From an uncultured Chitinophagales bacterium (GTDB taxonomy: Bacteria > Bacteroidota > Rhodothermia > Balneolales > Natronogracilivirgulaceae), in contig CAZDIA010000008.1 of NCBI GenBank assembly GCA_964505385.1, forward strand, positions 18,658 to 82,657: DNA of 64,000 bases, given 5' to 3'. The notes beneath the pieces are model-generated. The model did not search any database, was not told the origin of the DNA, and saw only the letters and a list, made by a program, of their open reading frames with translations. Positions 8,870-17,334 of the stretch are shown in pieces. Made by a program: the position numbers and the translations under genes. Numbering within the stretch: the first letter of the stretch is position 1; each line of letters opens with the position of its first letter.

Positions 8870-11468
8870 TAGCAGGTGATTGAGGCTTACCGTTTACAAG
8901 ACCATCAGATTCATAGCTTTCTTCTCCCGTCACCTTTTGCCGGGCTTCCCGTTTCTTTTGATCAGACCATCGACGGAAAATCGAAATACTGAAGCCGATC
9001 ATCAGCATAAATGTTCCGAGCCAAACGATCGATATCAAGGGTTTACGTTCTGCAGCAAGCAGAACCCACTCTCCTTCAGGCATACCTGATGCATCTCCCT
9101 CAATACCTTCAAAATTAAGCTCAATTTCCTCGGAGCCGGGATCTACATTAACAAACTCAACATGGGCATCCATATCTTCGATATCCTCAGGTGGCGAGTA
9201 GCCGTATTGCTCTTCCCCATCCTGGACTATAGCAAAAAGCGGAGCAACATCGCGGGTATCCCCGGTTTCATTGTCAATAATGCTTAGATCCGCCTTAACC
9301 CCAACGACGGCGTTTTCTTTTAGATCTTCGGGAGATACATTTATAAAACTATCAAACTTGATGGTGTACCCTCCGTACTCAACTTCAGAACCCGGAGAAA
9401 GATGCACATTCCCTTGATCTTGTTGATCATCTTCCGGCCCAAGGTCGGTGATTGAATCCATACCTTCTTGATCACCTCCCTCCTGCTGTGCCGTCTCTTC
9501 GTTCAACCGTTCGATTTCCCGCTCTGCCAAAGAGGAACCCGCCACATACATGTAGATATCAGAAAACCAACCTGTTCGAACTTCGGGGTCTACCGTCCAG
9601 TCGATATTTCCCGGGGAAGAATTGGAAAGCATAGGATAAGAAACCGGTGTCATATAGAATGTTCCGTCCCCGCCGGTTTGATCTTCAAAGCGGATGGTAT
9701 AGAGCTGTTCGTGCGGCCGGTTTTCTCCGGTTACTTCTGCATCAACAAACGTTACTTTATACCGCTCGTCAATAAGTTTAGGCTCATTCTTTTTGAGTTC
9801 CACAAACTCAATCTGACGATCGACGGTGTAGCCGTCATCATCTGTAATTTGGCCGGCAGCGACGGCCTGATTATAACTCAGGGTTTCGTCATCCACCATC
9901 GGCCGATCGTAAGCAGCTCCTAGAAATCCTATCAATAAAACAGCAAACCCTATATGCGTAAAAGTTCCGCCTATTGTTTTCGGACTTCTGCGAATTAATC
10001 TTATCATCATTTCGCCGTTTCCGAACAGGGCAAAGAAAGCTGCGAAGAGATAAATCATGTAGACCAGATTATCAATATCTGCCCAGATAATTGCGATAAT
10101 GGTCGAAACGGAAGCGAGCAATGTAGGGGTGATCAGCGCAGAAGCCAGCGACTCCGGATCGTGTTTTTTCCACCATAAATGTTGCGCCGCTACTGTCAGC
10201 AGTGCCAGAATTATGGCAAACGGCAATGTCCAGGTGTTATAAAAACTCTGCTCCGGCGGCGTGGGATTATCGACAAGCAGCTGCCCGATAATCGGGGTGC
10301 TGGTTCCAAGCAGAATTACAAAACCGGTCATGAACATCGCCAGGGCTCCGCTAAACATAATAAACTCCCGGCTGATAAACGACGCTTCTTTGCTCGGAGT
10401 AGGCAACTCTTTATAGCGGTAAAAGAACATCCCCAAACCAAGTACTGTTGAAACCACTATAAACATCAGCAGCTGATTATAAAGGCCGAGATCCACAAAG
10501 CTGTGCACCGAAGCGTCTTCAAGCACACCTGATCGCGTCAGGAAAGTTTGGTAGACAATCGTGATGTAAGCAAGGATTGCAAACAGAATTGAGCTTTTCT
10601 GAGCCATTGCGCTTTTGCGCTGAATCAGCATGGTATGGATGCCGGCAGTTCCAAGAATCCACGGGACGAGGGAGGCGTTTTCAACCGGATCCCACGCCCA
10701 ATACCCGCCGAAAGACAAGGTTACATAAGCCCAGTAGCCACCGAGAAATATTGACGTGAGTAGGCAGAGATTGGCACCCAGCGTCCACGGAAGTGCGGGA
10801 TAAATCCACTGATGATATCTTCTCTTCCAAAGCGCGGAAAGGGCAAATGCGAATGGGATAGTCATCATACCAAAACCGAGGAACACGACGGGGGGATGAA
10901 TGATAATCCACGGGCTGCGCAGCAAATCATTCAACCCGCTGCCGTCGGCAGGAACAAAATCCGGGTTGGATTGAAATATCGGGGCATCCGCCATTTCATC
11001 TGCCAGCAATCGGAAGGGTGAAGCACCGATATCCACAATTCCAAAAGGCAGACCCACAACCATCGACAGCAAGAAAACCTGGGAAAGACTGAAAAACGTC
11101 ATAACCGGAGCCCGATAGCTGTCTGGTGTCCACTTAATCACTGCAAGCCCGACAAGAAAAGCTGAAAATATCCACATCAGGAAGCTACCTTCCTGCCCGC
11201 TATAAAATGCTGCAAACAGGTAGATATTCTGCAGATCCAGACTGGTGTAATTATAGATGTAATAGTACTGAAATTGATGGGTAAATATCAGGTACATCAG
11301 TAACAGAGAAGCTACAAAAACCAAAGAACCTTTAAGGACGAACAAGAAATTTGCGTACGTCTCAAGTGTTCTGTTTTCATTACGTGCAGCGAAATAATAC
11401 AGCAGAAGCGCCGCAATCGTGGAAAAAAAAGCTATAACCAGGGCAGCATTGCCAACTATACCAATCAT
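8826..11468 (-). CDS. ccmF: cytochrome c-type biogenesis protein CcmF (heme lyase), long form
   Basis: The W-rich heme-handling motif GGYWAWDPVENASLVPWI corresponds to E. coli CcmF GGWWFWDPVENASFMPWL. It is polytopic, with a long acidic periplasmic C-terminal region plus a terminal TM segment. Confidence 0.9.
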   Translation of the reverse strand: MIGIVGNAALVIAFFSTIAALLLYYFAARNENRTLETYANFLFVLKGSLVFVASLLLMYLIFTHQFQYYYIYNYTSLDLQNIYLFAAFYSGQEGSFLMWIFSAFLVGLAVIKWTPDSYRAPVMTFFSLSQVFLLSMVVGLPFGIVDIGASPFRLLADEMADAPIFQSNPDFVPADGSGLNDLLRSPWIIIHPPVVFLGFGMMTIPFAFALSALWKRRYHQWIYPALPWTLGANLCLLTSIFLGGYWAYVTLSFGGYWAWDPVENASLVPWILGTAGIHTMLIQRKSAMAQKSSILFAILAYITIVYQTFLTRSGVLEDASVHSFVDLGLYNQLLMFIVVSTVLGLGMFFYRYKELPTPSKEASFISREFIMFSGALAMFMTGFVILLGTSTPIIGQLLVDNPTPPEQSFYNTWTLPFAIILALLTVAAQHLWWKKHDPESLASALITPTLLASVSTIIAIIWADIDNLVYMIYLFAAFFALFGNGEMMIRLIRRSPKTIGGTFTHIGFAVLLIGFLGAAYDRPMVDDETLSYNQAVAAGQITDDDGYTVDRQIEFVELKKNEPKLIDERYKVTFVDAEVTGENRPHEQLYTIRFEDQTGGDGTFYMTPVSYPMLSNSSPGNIDWTVDPEVRTGWFSDIYMYVAGSSLAEREIERLNEETAQQEGGDQEGMDSITDLGPEDDQQDQGNVHLSPGSEVEYGGYTIKFDSFINVSPEDLKENAVVGVKADLSIIDNETGDTRDVAPLFAIVQDGEEQYGYSPPEDIEDMDAHVEFVNVDPGSEEIELNFEGIEGDASGMPEGEWVLLAAERKPLISIVWLGTFMLMIGFSISIFRRWSDQKKREARQKVTGEESYESDGLVNGKPQSPANGTASKPEQEFEET

Positions 11469-11477
11469 AAGGGGAGG

Positions 11478-11876
11478 CTATTGATTAACCTGTTCAAATT
11501 CAGCTTCACTCGGATCATTGTATTTAGACGGGCACTTCACAAGCATGTCGTCACTTTCAAACACTTCTCCCCTCATCGAACCGATGACGACAAGTTCGTC
11601 CGCATCTTCAAAATTGTTGGGTTTTGCACCTGCATATTCTACGCGATGGGTTTTACCTGACTCATCCTCCATGTAAAATGAAAAAGTCAGATCTTCACGA
11701 GAGAAATCTGTGGGCTTGTTATCAACCCATTCTCCGATCACGTGGATGTTGTTGCCGTCCATTCCGGATGCCTGCTCGAAATCGACGTAAGAAGTTATAC
11801 TTTCGGACAGGTTATACAGTGCCAGGGATGTAAACAGCACCATAAAAACAATACCTACAATCAGTCGTGGTTTCAT
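11478..11876 (-). CDS. ccmE: cytochrome c maturation heme chaperone CcmE, CxxxY variant
   Basis: 132 aa, single N-terminal TM segment and OB-fold-like body. C-terminal motif VKCPSKY (Cys115...Tyr119) stands where canonical CcmE has HxxxY. Confidence 0.85.
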   Translation of the reverse strand: MKPRLIVGIVFMVLFTSLALYNLSESITSYVDFEQASGMDGNNIHVIGEWVDNKPTDFSREDLTFSFYMEDESGKTHRVEYAGAKPNNFEDADELVVIGSMRGEVFESDDMLVKCPSKYNDPSEAEFEQVNQ

Positions 11877-11882
11877 GTTGGT

Positions 11883-12149
11883 TTACTGTAAATCTTGGTC
11901 ATGGTTTTGTTGCTCGAGTTGGGTTACTTTTCGATCAACCCGAATAAGGAAAAATAACAATGTGAACCAAATTAGTAAACTGGCAGCAAGCACTATAAGT
12001 ATGAGATCATTTGAAGACATAAACTGCATAAACGCACTTGTATGCTCAACTTCCTCCATTCCTTCCCAATCTTCAGGAACATCCTGAGCGATAAAAAGAA
12101 ATAAAACAGTTATCAGCCAGCTTAACATACTAATTAAAATGGGTTTCAA
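11883..12149 (-). CDS. CcmD-like small membrane protein
   Basis: It sits between ccmC and ccmE. The hydrophobic segment followed by LIRVDRKVTQLEQQ resembles CcmD. The start is uncertain (12149 or 12128). Confidence 0.5.
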   Translation of the reverse strand: MKPILISMLSWLITVLFLFIAQDVPEDWEGMEEVEHTSAFMQFMSSNDLILIVLAASLLIWFTLLFFLIRVDRKVTQLEQQNHDQDLQ

Positions 12150-12822
12150 GCTTGTTTTGTAACCGCCGGTATCGATAAAAAATATCCTTAATCCACCAGC
12201 CTAATCCAATAAAACCGATTACCGCAGGATAAAACACCCAACGGAGTTCGGGAGCAGTCAGGTCACTGAAAGCCGGGTTGCCGTCAGCGCCGGGATGCAG
12301 GCTCGGCAGTTGGCGTGGAATAATATATAATAAAAAAGGTATCGTCGTAGCCGCAAATATGTTATATACAGCGGCAATTTTAGCACGTTTTTCGGGGTCG
12401 TCAAATGCACTTCTCAGCACAAAATACGCAACATAGATCATCATTGCGAGAGCTGAGAGATTCATTCTCGGCTCGGCAAACGTCCACCAGGTGCCCCAGG
12501 TGAAACGTGCCCATACCGCTCCTGTCAATAACCCGCAAATACCAAACAGAATTCCAACTGCAGTTACCGTTTCAGCACGGGTATCCATATCGATATTGCC
12601 TGATTTCAGATACCTGATGCTGTAAACCAGTCCTGTGAAAAAGAGTACCGTCATCGTAAACCACATGGGTACATGCAGAAACAGATTACGTGAGGTCTCC
12701 AGAAGGATGGGTATCATCGGTATTTCAATTAAAAAACCGACGGTGATGACGGCAGTGAGCCATACTGCCACTGCATATTTCCAATAACTAATACTGATAT
12801 GTTGTTGCGAAGGGAGTTCCAC
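12130..12822 (-). CDS. ccmC: heme exporter protein CcmC
   Basis: 230 aa, polytopic. The motif WGTWWTFAEPRMN corresponds to the CcmC motif WGxWWxWDxR. Confidence 0.85.
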   Translation of the reverse strand: MELPSQQHISISYWKYAVAVWLTAVITVGFLIEIPMIPILLETSRNLFLHVPMWFTMTVLFFTGLVYSIRYLKSGNIDMDTRAETVTAVGILFGICGLLTGAVWARFTWGTWWTFAEPRMNLSALAMMIYVAYFVLRSAFDDPEKRAKIAAVYNIFAATTIPFLLYIIPRQLPSLHPGADGNPAFSDLTAPELRWVFYPAVIGFIGLGWWIKDIFYRYRRLQNKLETHFN

Positions 12823-12913
12823 TATAAATCAGGATTATGATAATTGAGACATCCGGGAATTTACGTGATGGTTCTAAATGTTGAAATATAAACTCGAAAA
12901 ATAATGATATCGT

Positions 12914-13444
12914 ATGAATAATGAGGAAAAATCTTACACATTAAAACCAAACTGGAAACGCTATTTGCTTCATTATCTGATTTGCATTGCGCTGATTCCG
13001 GTCTTTGGCTTAGGCTTGTTTGCTGCCGCGTACGTGTTTTCGCGTCATTACACATCTTTTTACCACATAACAGACGATAAAATCACAATTGCTATTGCCG
13101 GCAAAGAGCCTGTTTCCCTAAAAATTGATGAGATTGATTCAACACAAACCGAGTACTCCCGGCTTGATTCCAAAACCGGAATCGGCACTTTGATCTTAAC
13201 TAATCAGCAGAACTCTGAACAATACCGACTGGAAGGGTTAGAAAACCCTGAAAAATTGAAAACCCTTCTTGATCTCGCCATTCAGCAAGAACAGGAACAG
13301 AAGGAATTCAGGGAAGATGTAGACCAGTACGCCCCACAACACAGCCCCGGCACCCTCGACCCCATGAATGATTTGGTTGGGCTTTGGCAGCAGGGGCTCA
13401 TCACGGATGAGCAATTTGAAGAGGAGAAGAAAAAATTCGAATAA
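12914..13444 (+). CDS. membrane bPH (YdbT-like) domain protein with C-terminal SHOCT motif
   Basis: Two N-terminal TM helices, then YHITDDKITI... (bacterial PH-like). The C-terminal LVGLWQQGLITDEQFEEEKKKF is SHOCT-like. Confidence 0.65.
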   Translation: MNNEEKSYTLKPNWKRYLLHYLICIALIPVFGLGLFAAAYVFSRHYTSFYHITDDKITIAIAGKEPVSLKIDEIDSTQTEYSRLDSKTGIGTLILTNQQNSEQYRLEGLENPEKLKTLLDLAIQQEQEQKEFREDVDQYAPQHSPGTLDPMNDLVGLWQQGLITDEQFEEEKKKFE

Positions 13445-13472
13445 TCAAGCCTACAACAATTGACTACCCGAC

Positions 13473-14108
13473 TTAGCCTCTCACGAAGGCGTTACTTTCC
13501 TTTTCTATCCCGATTTTAGTTTCCGGACCGTGACCCGGATATATAACCGTCTCATCAGGAAGAGTGTATAGCTTTTGACGGATACTGTTAGCAAGCGTAT
13601 CCATATCCCCTTTATACAGATCGGTTCGGCCGATACTGCCCTGAAAAAGCGTATCCCCGGCGATCAGGAGGTTTTCCTTACTTCGATAAAATGAAAGATG
13701 ACCGGGCGCATGACCCGGCGTAAAAATTACATCGAAGGCGATTCCGGTCTCATCCCAGCTGTTTTGTTCTTCCAAATGGATGGGAGTAAAATCAAATGGT
13801 TCCACTTTCAGTCCGAACATGGCTGCTTGTTCGGGATAATTATCCCAGAAATATTGATCCTCTTTATGCAGATACACCGGCACATTATAGTTTTCAAGTA
13901 CTTTTTTTAATCCTATGATATGATCAACGTGAGCATGAGTAAGTACAATTGCTTTAAGGTCAGCGCCGGCGTTTTTCAGTGTTTGCTCAAACTCGTCATA
14001 TTCGGATTGTTGGAAAAAGCCGGGATCAAATAAGACAGCACTACCTGATTCGACAGCTAGATAGGTGTTTTCATAAAATGGGTTTACCGTAAAAAGATGC
14101 AGTTTCAT
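13473..14108 (-). CDS. MBL-fold metallo-hydrolase (glyoxalase II-like)
   Basis: THAHVDHIIG metal-binding motif, plus TPGHAPGH and GDTLF motifs; 211 aa. Confidence 0.88.
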   Translation of the reverse strand: MKLHLFTVNPFYENTYLAVESGSAVLFDPGFFQQSEYDEFEQTLKNAGADLKAIVLTHAHVDHIIGLKKVLENYNVPVYLHKEDQYFWDNYPEQAAMFGLKVEPFDFTPIHLEEQNSWDETGIAFDVIFTPGHAPGHLSFYRSKENLLIAGDTLFQGSIGRTDLYKGDMDTLANSIRQKLYTLPDETVIYPGHGPETKIGIEKESNAFVRG

Positions 14109-14312
14109 TTTTCCGATTTTATAATTTATTGAAGATTGAACGTTTGGATAATTAAAGAAGCTTAAGGAGATAGAATTATTTCATATATCCGCATATATCA
14201 TAACTTTTTTTGGTGTTCTGATTATAATGACAGAACATCAAACCTCAAACACTTTAACTTGACGTCGTTTTTGAAAGTATCCGCCTGCATCAATCATCAA
14301 TTTTAAACTCAC

Positions 14313-15071
14313 ATGTGCACGATATCTTTTGTTCCTGTAGATCGAAACAAATGGCTGCTTGGCATGAATCGCGATGAACGAAAAAACCGGGCTAAGGCAA
14401 AGCCACCTGAAATACAACAACATGAGGATGGTACTGAATATTTAGCGCCGATTGATACCGAAGCCGGAGGCACCTGGGCAGGAGTTAATGAATACGGGTT
14501 GACTTTGCTGTTAATTAACAATTACCAGGCAATGAATCCGGAACTTGCGCACCGCTCTGATGCGCTGAGCCGTGGATTAATCATACCTCAACTGATGAAT
14601 CACACCTCCGTTGAGCAAATAGTTGAATCGCTAAAACAATTGGAAGCCAACAGGTATAATCCTTTCACACTTTTTATTTTTTCACGGTATCAACAGCGTA
14701 TAAGCTCCTATAGCTGGGATGGGGTAACGGTTAAATTTGAAGATTTGCCGGCAGAGCCATTTGTAAAAATCTCATCCGGATTCGATCCCGATGAAGCTTA
14801 CAAAATCCGGAATAACGAATTCCGGCGCAGGTTATCTGAAACTGATATGAACAACGTTGATGCTGATTGGATCAAATCTCTTCATCAGTCCACCAATCCG
14901 GAGCCGGGCGCACTCTCCATAGCTATGATTCAGGAAAAAGTAATGTCAGTTTCTTCAATCGTACTGGATTTATCTCCGGCGCACTGCTCAATTCACTATG
15001 GCGACGGTTGGCCGGGAGGGAATATAGAATGGTTGAAAAGCGATATCTCATTCAGTAGCATAGAGGTTTAA
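14313..15071 (+). CDS. NRDE-family (TANGO2/DUF833-like) protein
   Basis: N-terminal MCTISFVP...GMNRDERKNR is the signature of the NRDE family. Confidence 0.8.
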   Translation: MCTISFVPVDRNKWLLGMNRDERKNRAKAKPPEIQQHEDGTEYLAPIDTEAGGTWAGVNEYGLTLLLINNYQAMNPELAHRSDALSRGLIIPQLMNHTSVEQIVESLKQLEANRYNPFTLFIFSRYQQRISSYSWDGVTVKFEDLPAEPFVKISSGFDPDEAYKIRNNEFRRRLSETDMNNVDADWIKSLHQSTNPEPGALSIAMIQEKVMSVSSIVLDLSPAHCSIHYGDGWPGGNIEWLKSDISFSSIEV

Positions 15072-15097
15072 ATCACAGGCGCATCAGGAAATCAACA

Positions 15098-15132
15098 TAA
15101 AAAAAGGTTTGTCTGCCTAAGCAAACAAACCT
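15098..15132 (-). terminator. Rho-independent terminator downstream of rpmE (hairpin between convergent genes)
   Basis: AGGTTTGTCTGC / GCAAACAAACCT stem (one mismatch) with loop CTAA. An A-run at 15098-15104 gives a U-run on the minus strand. Confidence 0.65.
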
Positions 15133-15160
15133 TACAAAAGACTGTGACCAACTTATAGGA

Positions 15161-15376
15161 CTACTTTTTCTTGCCGTAGCGACGTTCAAATTGCTCTACA
15201 CGTCCCTTTTTAGAAACCATTTTCTGGCTGCCGATATAAAAGGGATGATTTCTCGAATCAACTTCCGGGCGATAAACTCCGCTCTCGGGCTTCATCGTGC
15301 TGCGTGTTTTGATTTCCGTACCGTCGCTCAACTCAACAGTAATCTCGTTGTATTCGGGATGAATTCCTTTTTTCAT
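15161..15376 (-). CDS. rpmE: 50S ribosomal protein L31 (Cys-less type B)
   Basis: MKKGIHPEY... 71 aa; there is no CxxC zinc motif. Confidence 0.93.
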   Translation of the reverse strand: MKKGIHPEYNEITVELSDGTEIKTRSTMKPESGVYRPEVDSRNHPFYIGSQKMVSKKGRVEQFERRYGKKK

Positions 15377-15410
15377 GGCTTTACGGTAAATTTAATTTAT
15401 CTATAGCTTC

Positions 15411-15441
15411 CAAATATAGGGATTGAACGGTTCATAAGCAA
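15411..15441 (-). promoter_or_regulatory. Putative rpmE promoter (TTG-N20-TATATTTG)
   Basis: The minus strand reads TATATTTG (plus strand CAAATATA, 15411-15418), 35 nt upstream of the ATG, with TTG (15439-15441) 20 nt further upstream. The same octamer appears at the tRNA-Asn and GHL10 promoters. Confidence 0.45.
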
Positions 15442-15457
15442 TGAAATTACCACGGGA

Positions 15458-16954
15458 TTATAACTCATCCTCACCTTCATCATAACGGCCGATGGATCCA
15501 AGCATTGATCCTACCATATCCTTAAATGTGCGTTGTTCGTCCAAATCTTCTTTACTCAATATCGACTGTTGATGCAGTGCTTCAAGCACAAAATCCATTG
15601 CTGAAATAAGCTCATTTTCCGCCGGATCAAGATATTTTTGAGTTACGTTTCTCAACCCGTTTACCGACTCGATTCTTTTTTTATACTCGCTATCACTGAG
15701 ATTATCAGGCAGATCAACTACATTACCATTTGAGAACCAATCCATTACCTCCTTGTAAGGTGCCTCGGTTTCTTCAGTTTTTTGTTGCGGATCAGGAAAA
15801 TATGACTTGAAAACGGTGTTTACGGCTTTGCCAATGAGAAGGCTTGCAACATTATTAGCCCCTTCCTGTTCGCCTTCATACACCAGCTCCATTTTTCCGG
15901 TCAACGCCGGTTTGCTGTGAAACAAATCCGTAATACGCACCGTAGTTTTAGTTTCTTCATTTACGATAGCGCGCCGCTCGGCAGAAGAAATTACCTGCTC
16001 CATGGCTGTTATAGTTAATCTCGTTGAGACACCACTCTTTTGGTCAATGTACTCTGAATCACGCGCTTCAAAAGCAATTTGCTCTATTGCTTCTGCCATA
16101 AACCGAGGTACATGCACTTCAACCTGACCATTTCGGTTAATCCATGCTTCATTGGAAGTGATTTTCAAACCGGTTTCAATATTGTGTGGATAGTGGGTGA
16201 GTATCTGGGAATCGATCCTGTCTTTGAGCGGTGTAATGATATTGCCCCGATTGGTATAATCCTCCGGATTGGCAGAAAATACGATTAGCGCATCAATGGG
16301 CAGGCGAACATTAAAACTACGAATCTGAATATCCCTCTCCTGCATAATATTAAGCAACGCTACCTGTATTCTAGGCTGCAAATCCGGCAACTCATTAATG
16401 GCAAAAATACCGCGATTGGTTTTGGGTATCAGACCAAAATTGATCACCTGTTCATCCGCCAGCGTTAATTTTTTTGTAGCCGCTTTGATCGGATCAATAT
16501 CACCTATAAGGTCGGCGACAGTTGTATCCGGTGTGGCAAGTTTTTCAGCATACCGTTCGGTGCGGTGAATCCATGTTATGGGAGTAAGATCCACTTTATC
16601 TTTAATCAAGTCTTTGGCATACTTACTTTTAGGATGAAACGGATCATCCATTATTTCGGATCCTCTGATTACAGGAACATACTCATCCAGAAAGTCGGTA
16701 AGCTGGCGTAGAATACGTGTTTTTGCCTGTCCCCGAAGACCGAGTAAAATGAAATCGTGCTTGGCGAGAATTGCGTTTTTTAGTTGAGGGATCACGGTTT
16801 TATCATATCCCAAAATCCCCGGAAATGCCTGTTTCCCTTCACCGAGATAGGTGATCATATTTTCACGAATCTCATCTTTTACCGGCCGGGATTTCCAGTT
16901 GCTCTCCCGAAGTTCACCAAGTGTTCGAATGTGTGTTAGTTCTCTTGTTGTCAT
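15458..16954 (-). CDS. AAA+ ATPase, Mg-chelatase ChlI / MoxR-like family
   Basis: Walker A-like GLRGQAKTR and Walker B-like GIFAINELPDL. LLNIMQERDIQIR is typical of the ChlI-like COG1239 group. 498 aa. Confidence 0.8.
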   Translation of the reverse strand: MTTRELTHIRTLGELRESNWKSRPVKDEIRENMITYLGEGKQAFPGILGYDKTVIPQLKNAILAKHDFILLGLRGQAKTRILRQLTDFLDEYVPVIRGSEIMDDPFHPKSKYAKDLIKDKVDLTPITWIHRTERYAEKLATPDTTVADLIGDIDPIKAATKKLTLADEQVINFGLIPKTNRGIFAINELPDLQPRIQVALLNIMQERDIQIRSFNVRLPIDALIVFSANPEDYTNRGNIITPLKDRIDSQILTHYPHNIETGLKITSNEAWINRNGQVEVHVPRFMAEAIEQIAFEARDSEYIDQKSGVSTRLTITAMEQVISSAERRAIVNEETKTTVRITDLFHSKPALTGKMELVYEGEQEGANNVASLLIGKAVNTVFKSYFPDPQQKTEETEAPYKEVMDWFSNGNVVDLPDNLSDSEYKKRIESVNGLRNVTQKYLDPAENELISAMDFVLEALHQQSILSKEDLDEQRTFKDMVGSMLGSIGRYDEGEDEL

Positions 16955-17271
16955 AAGATTTGGCTGAATTAAATTACTTACCCTTCTTAAAAACCAAGAA
17001 TGAATAGATATGGTTTCATGAGAATTTAATAGTGCTTTTCGTACCGATAATGTCCGTCCCTATTCTATTCGCGACAGCGCGTTTTATAGCATTAACTCAA
17101 GCTCCCCTCACCATTTTATATGGTCCACATTCAGTGTTTTAGTTGCAACAGGTGTTACTAAAAGTTTGTTAGATGTTGTGTTGACGGTCTAACGACAACG
17201 ACAAACATCAAACGAGATAGCAGCCAGCCTGTTAACGATTTACACTCAAGAGATATCACCTTAACTTGAAG

Positions 17272-17307
17272 GAAAAAGGGCACCACTTATTGTAAGCGGT
17301 GCCCTTT
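17272..17307 (-). terminator. Rho-independent terminator of the 17335-18708 gene
   Basis: GGGCACC / GGTGCCC stem. The minus strand reads the hairpin followed by TTTTT. Confidence 0.7.
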
Positions 17308-17334
17308 GATAATCTCTTCTATTCGTGATTCATG

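Noticed and set aside
9468-9923. 151-aa plus-strand ORF inside ccmF
   Set aside because: It is antisense to the acidic periplasmic region of CcmF and has no motifs.
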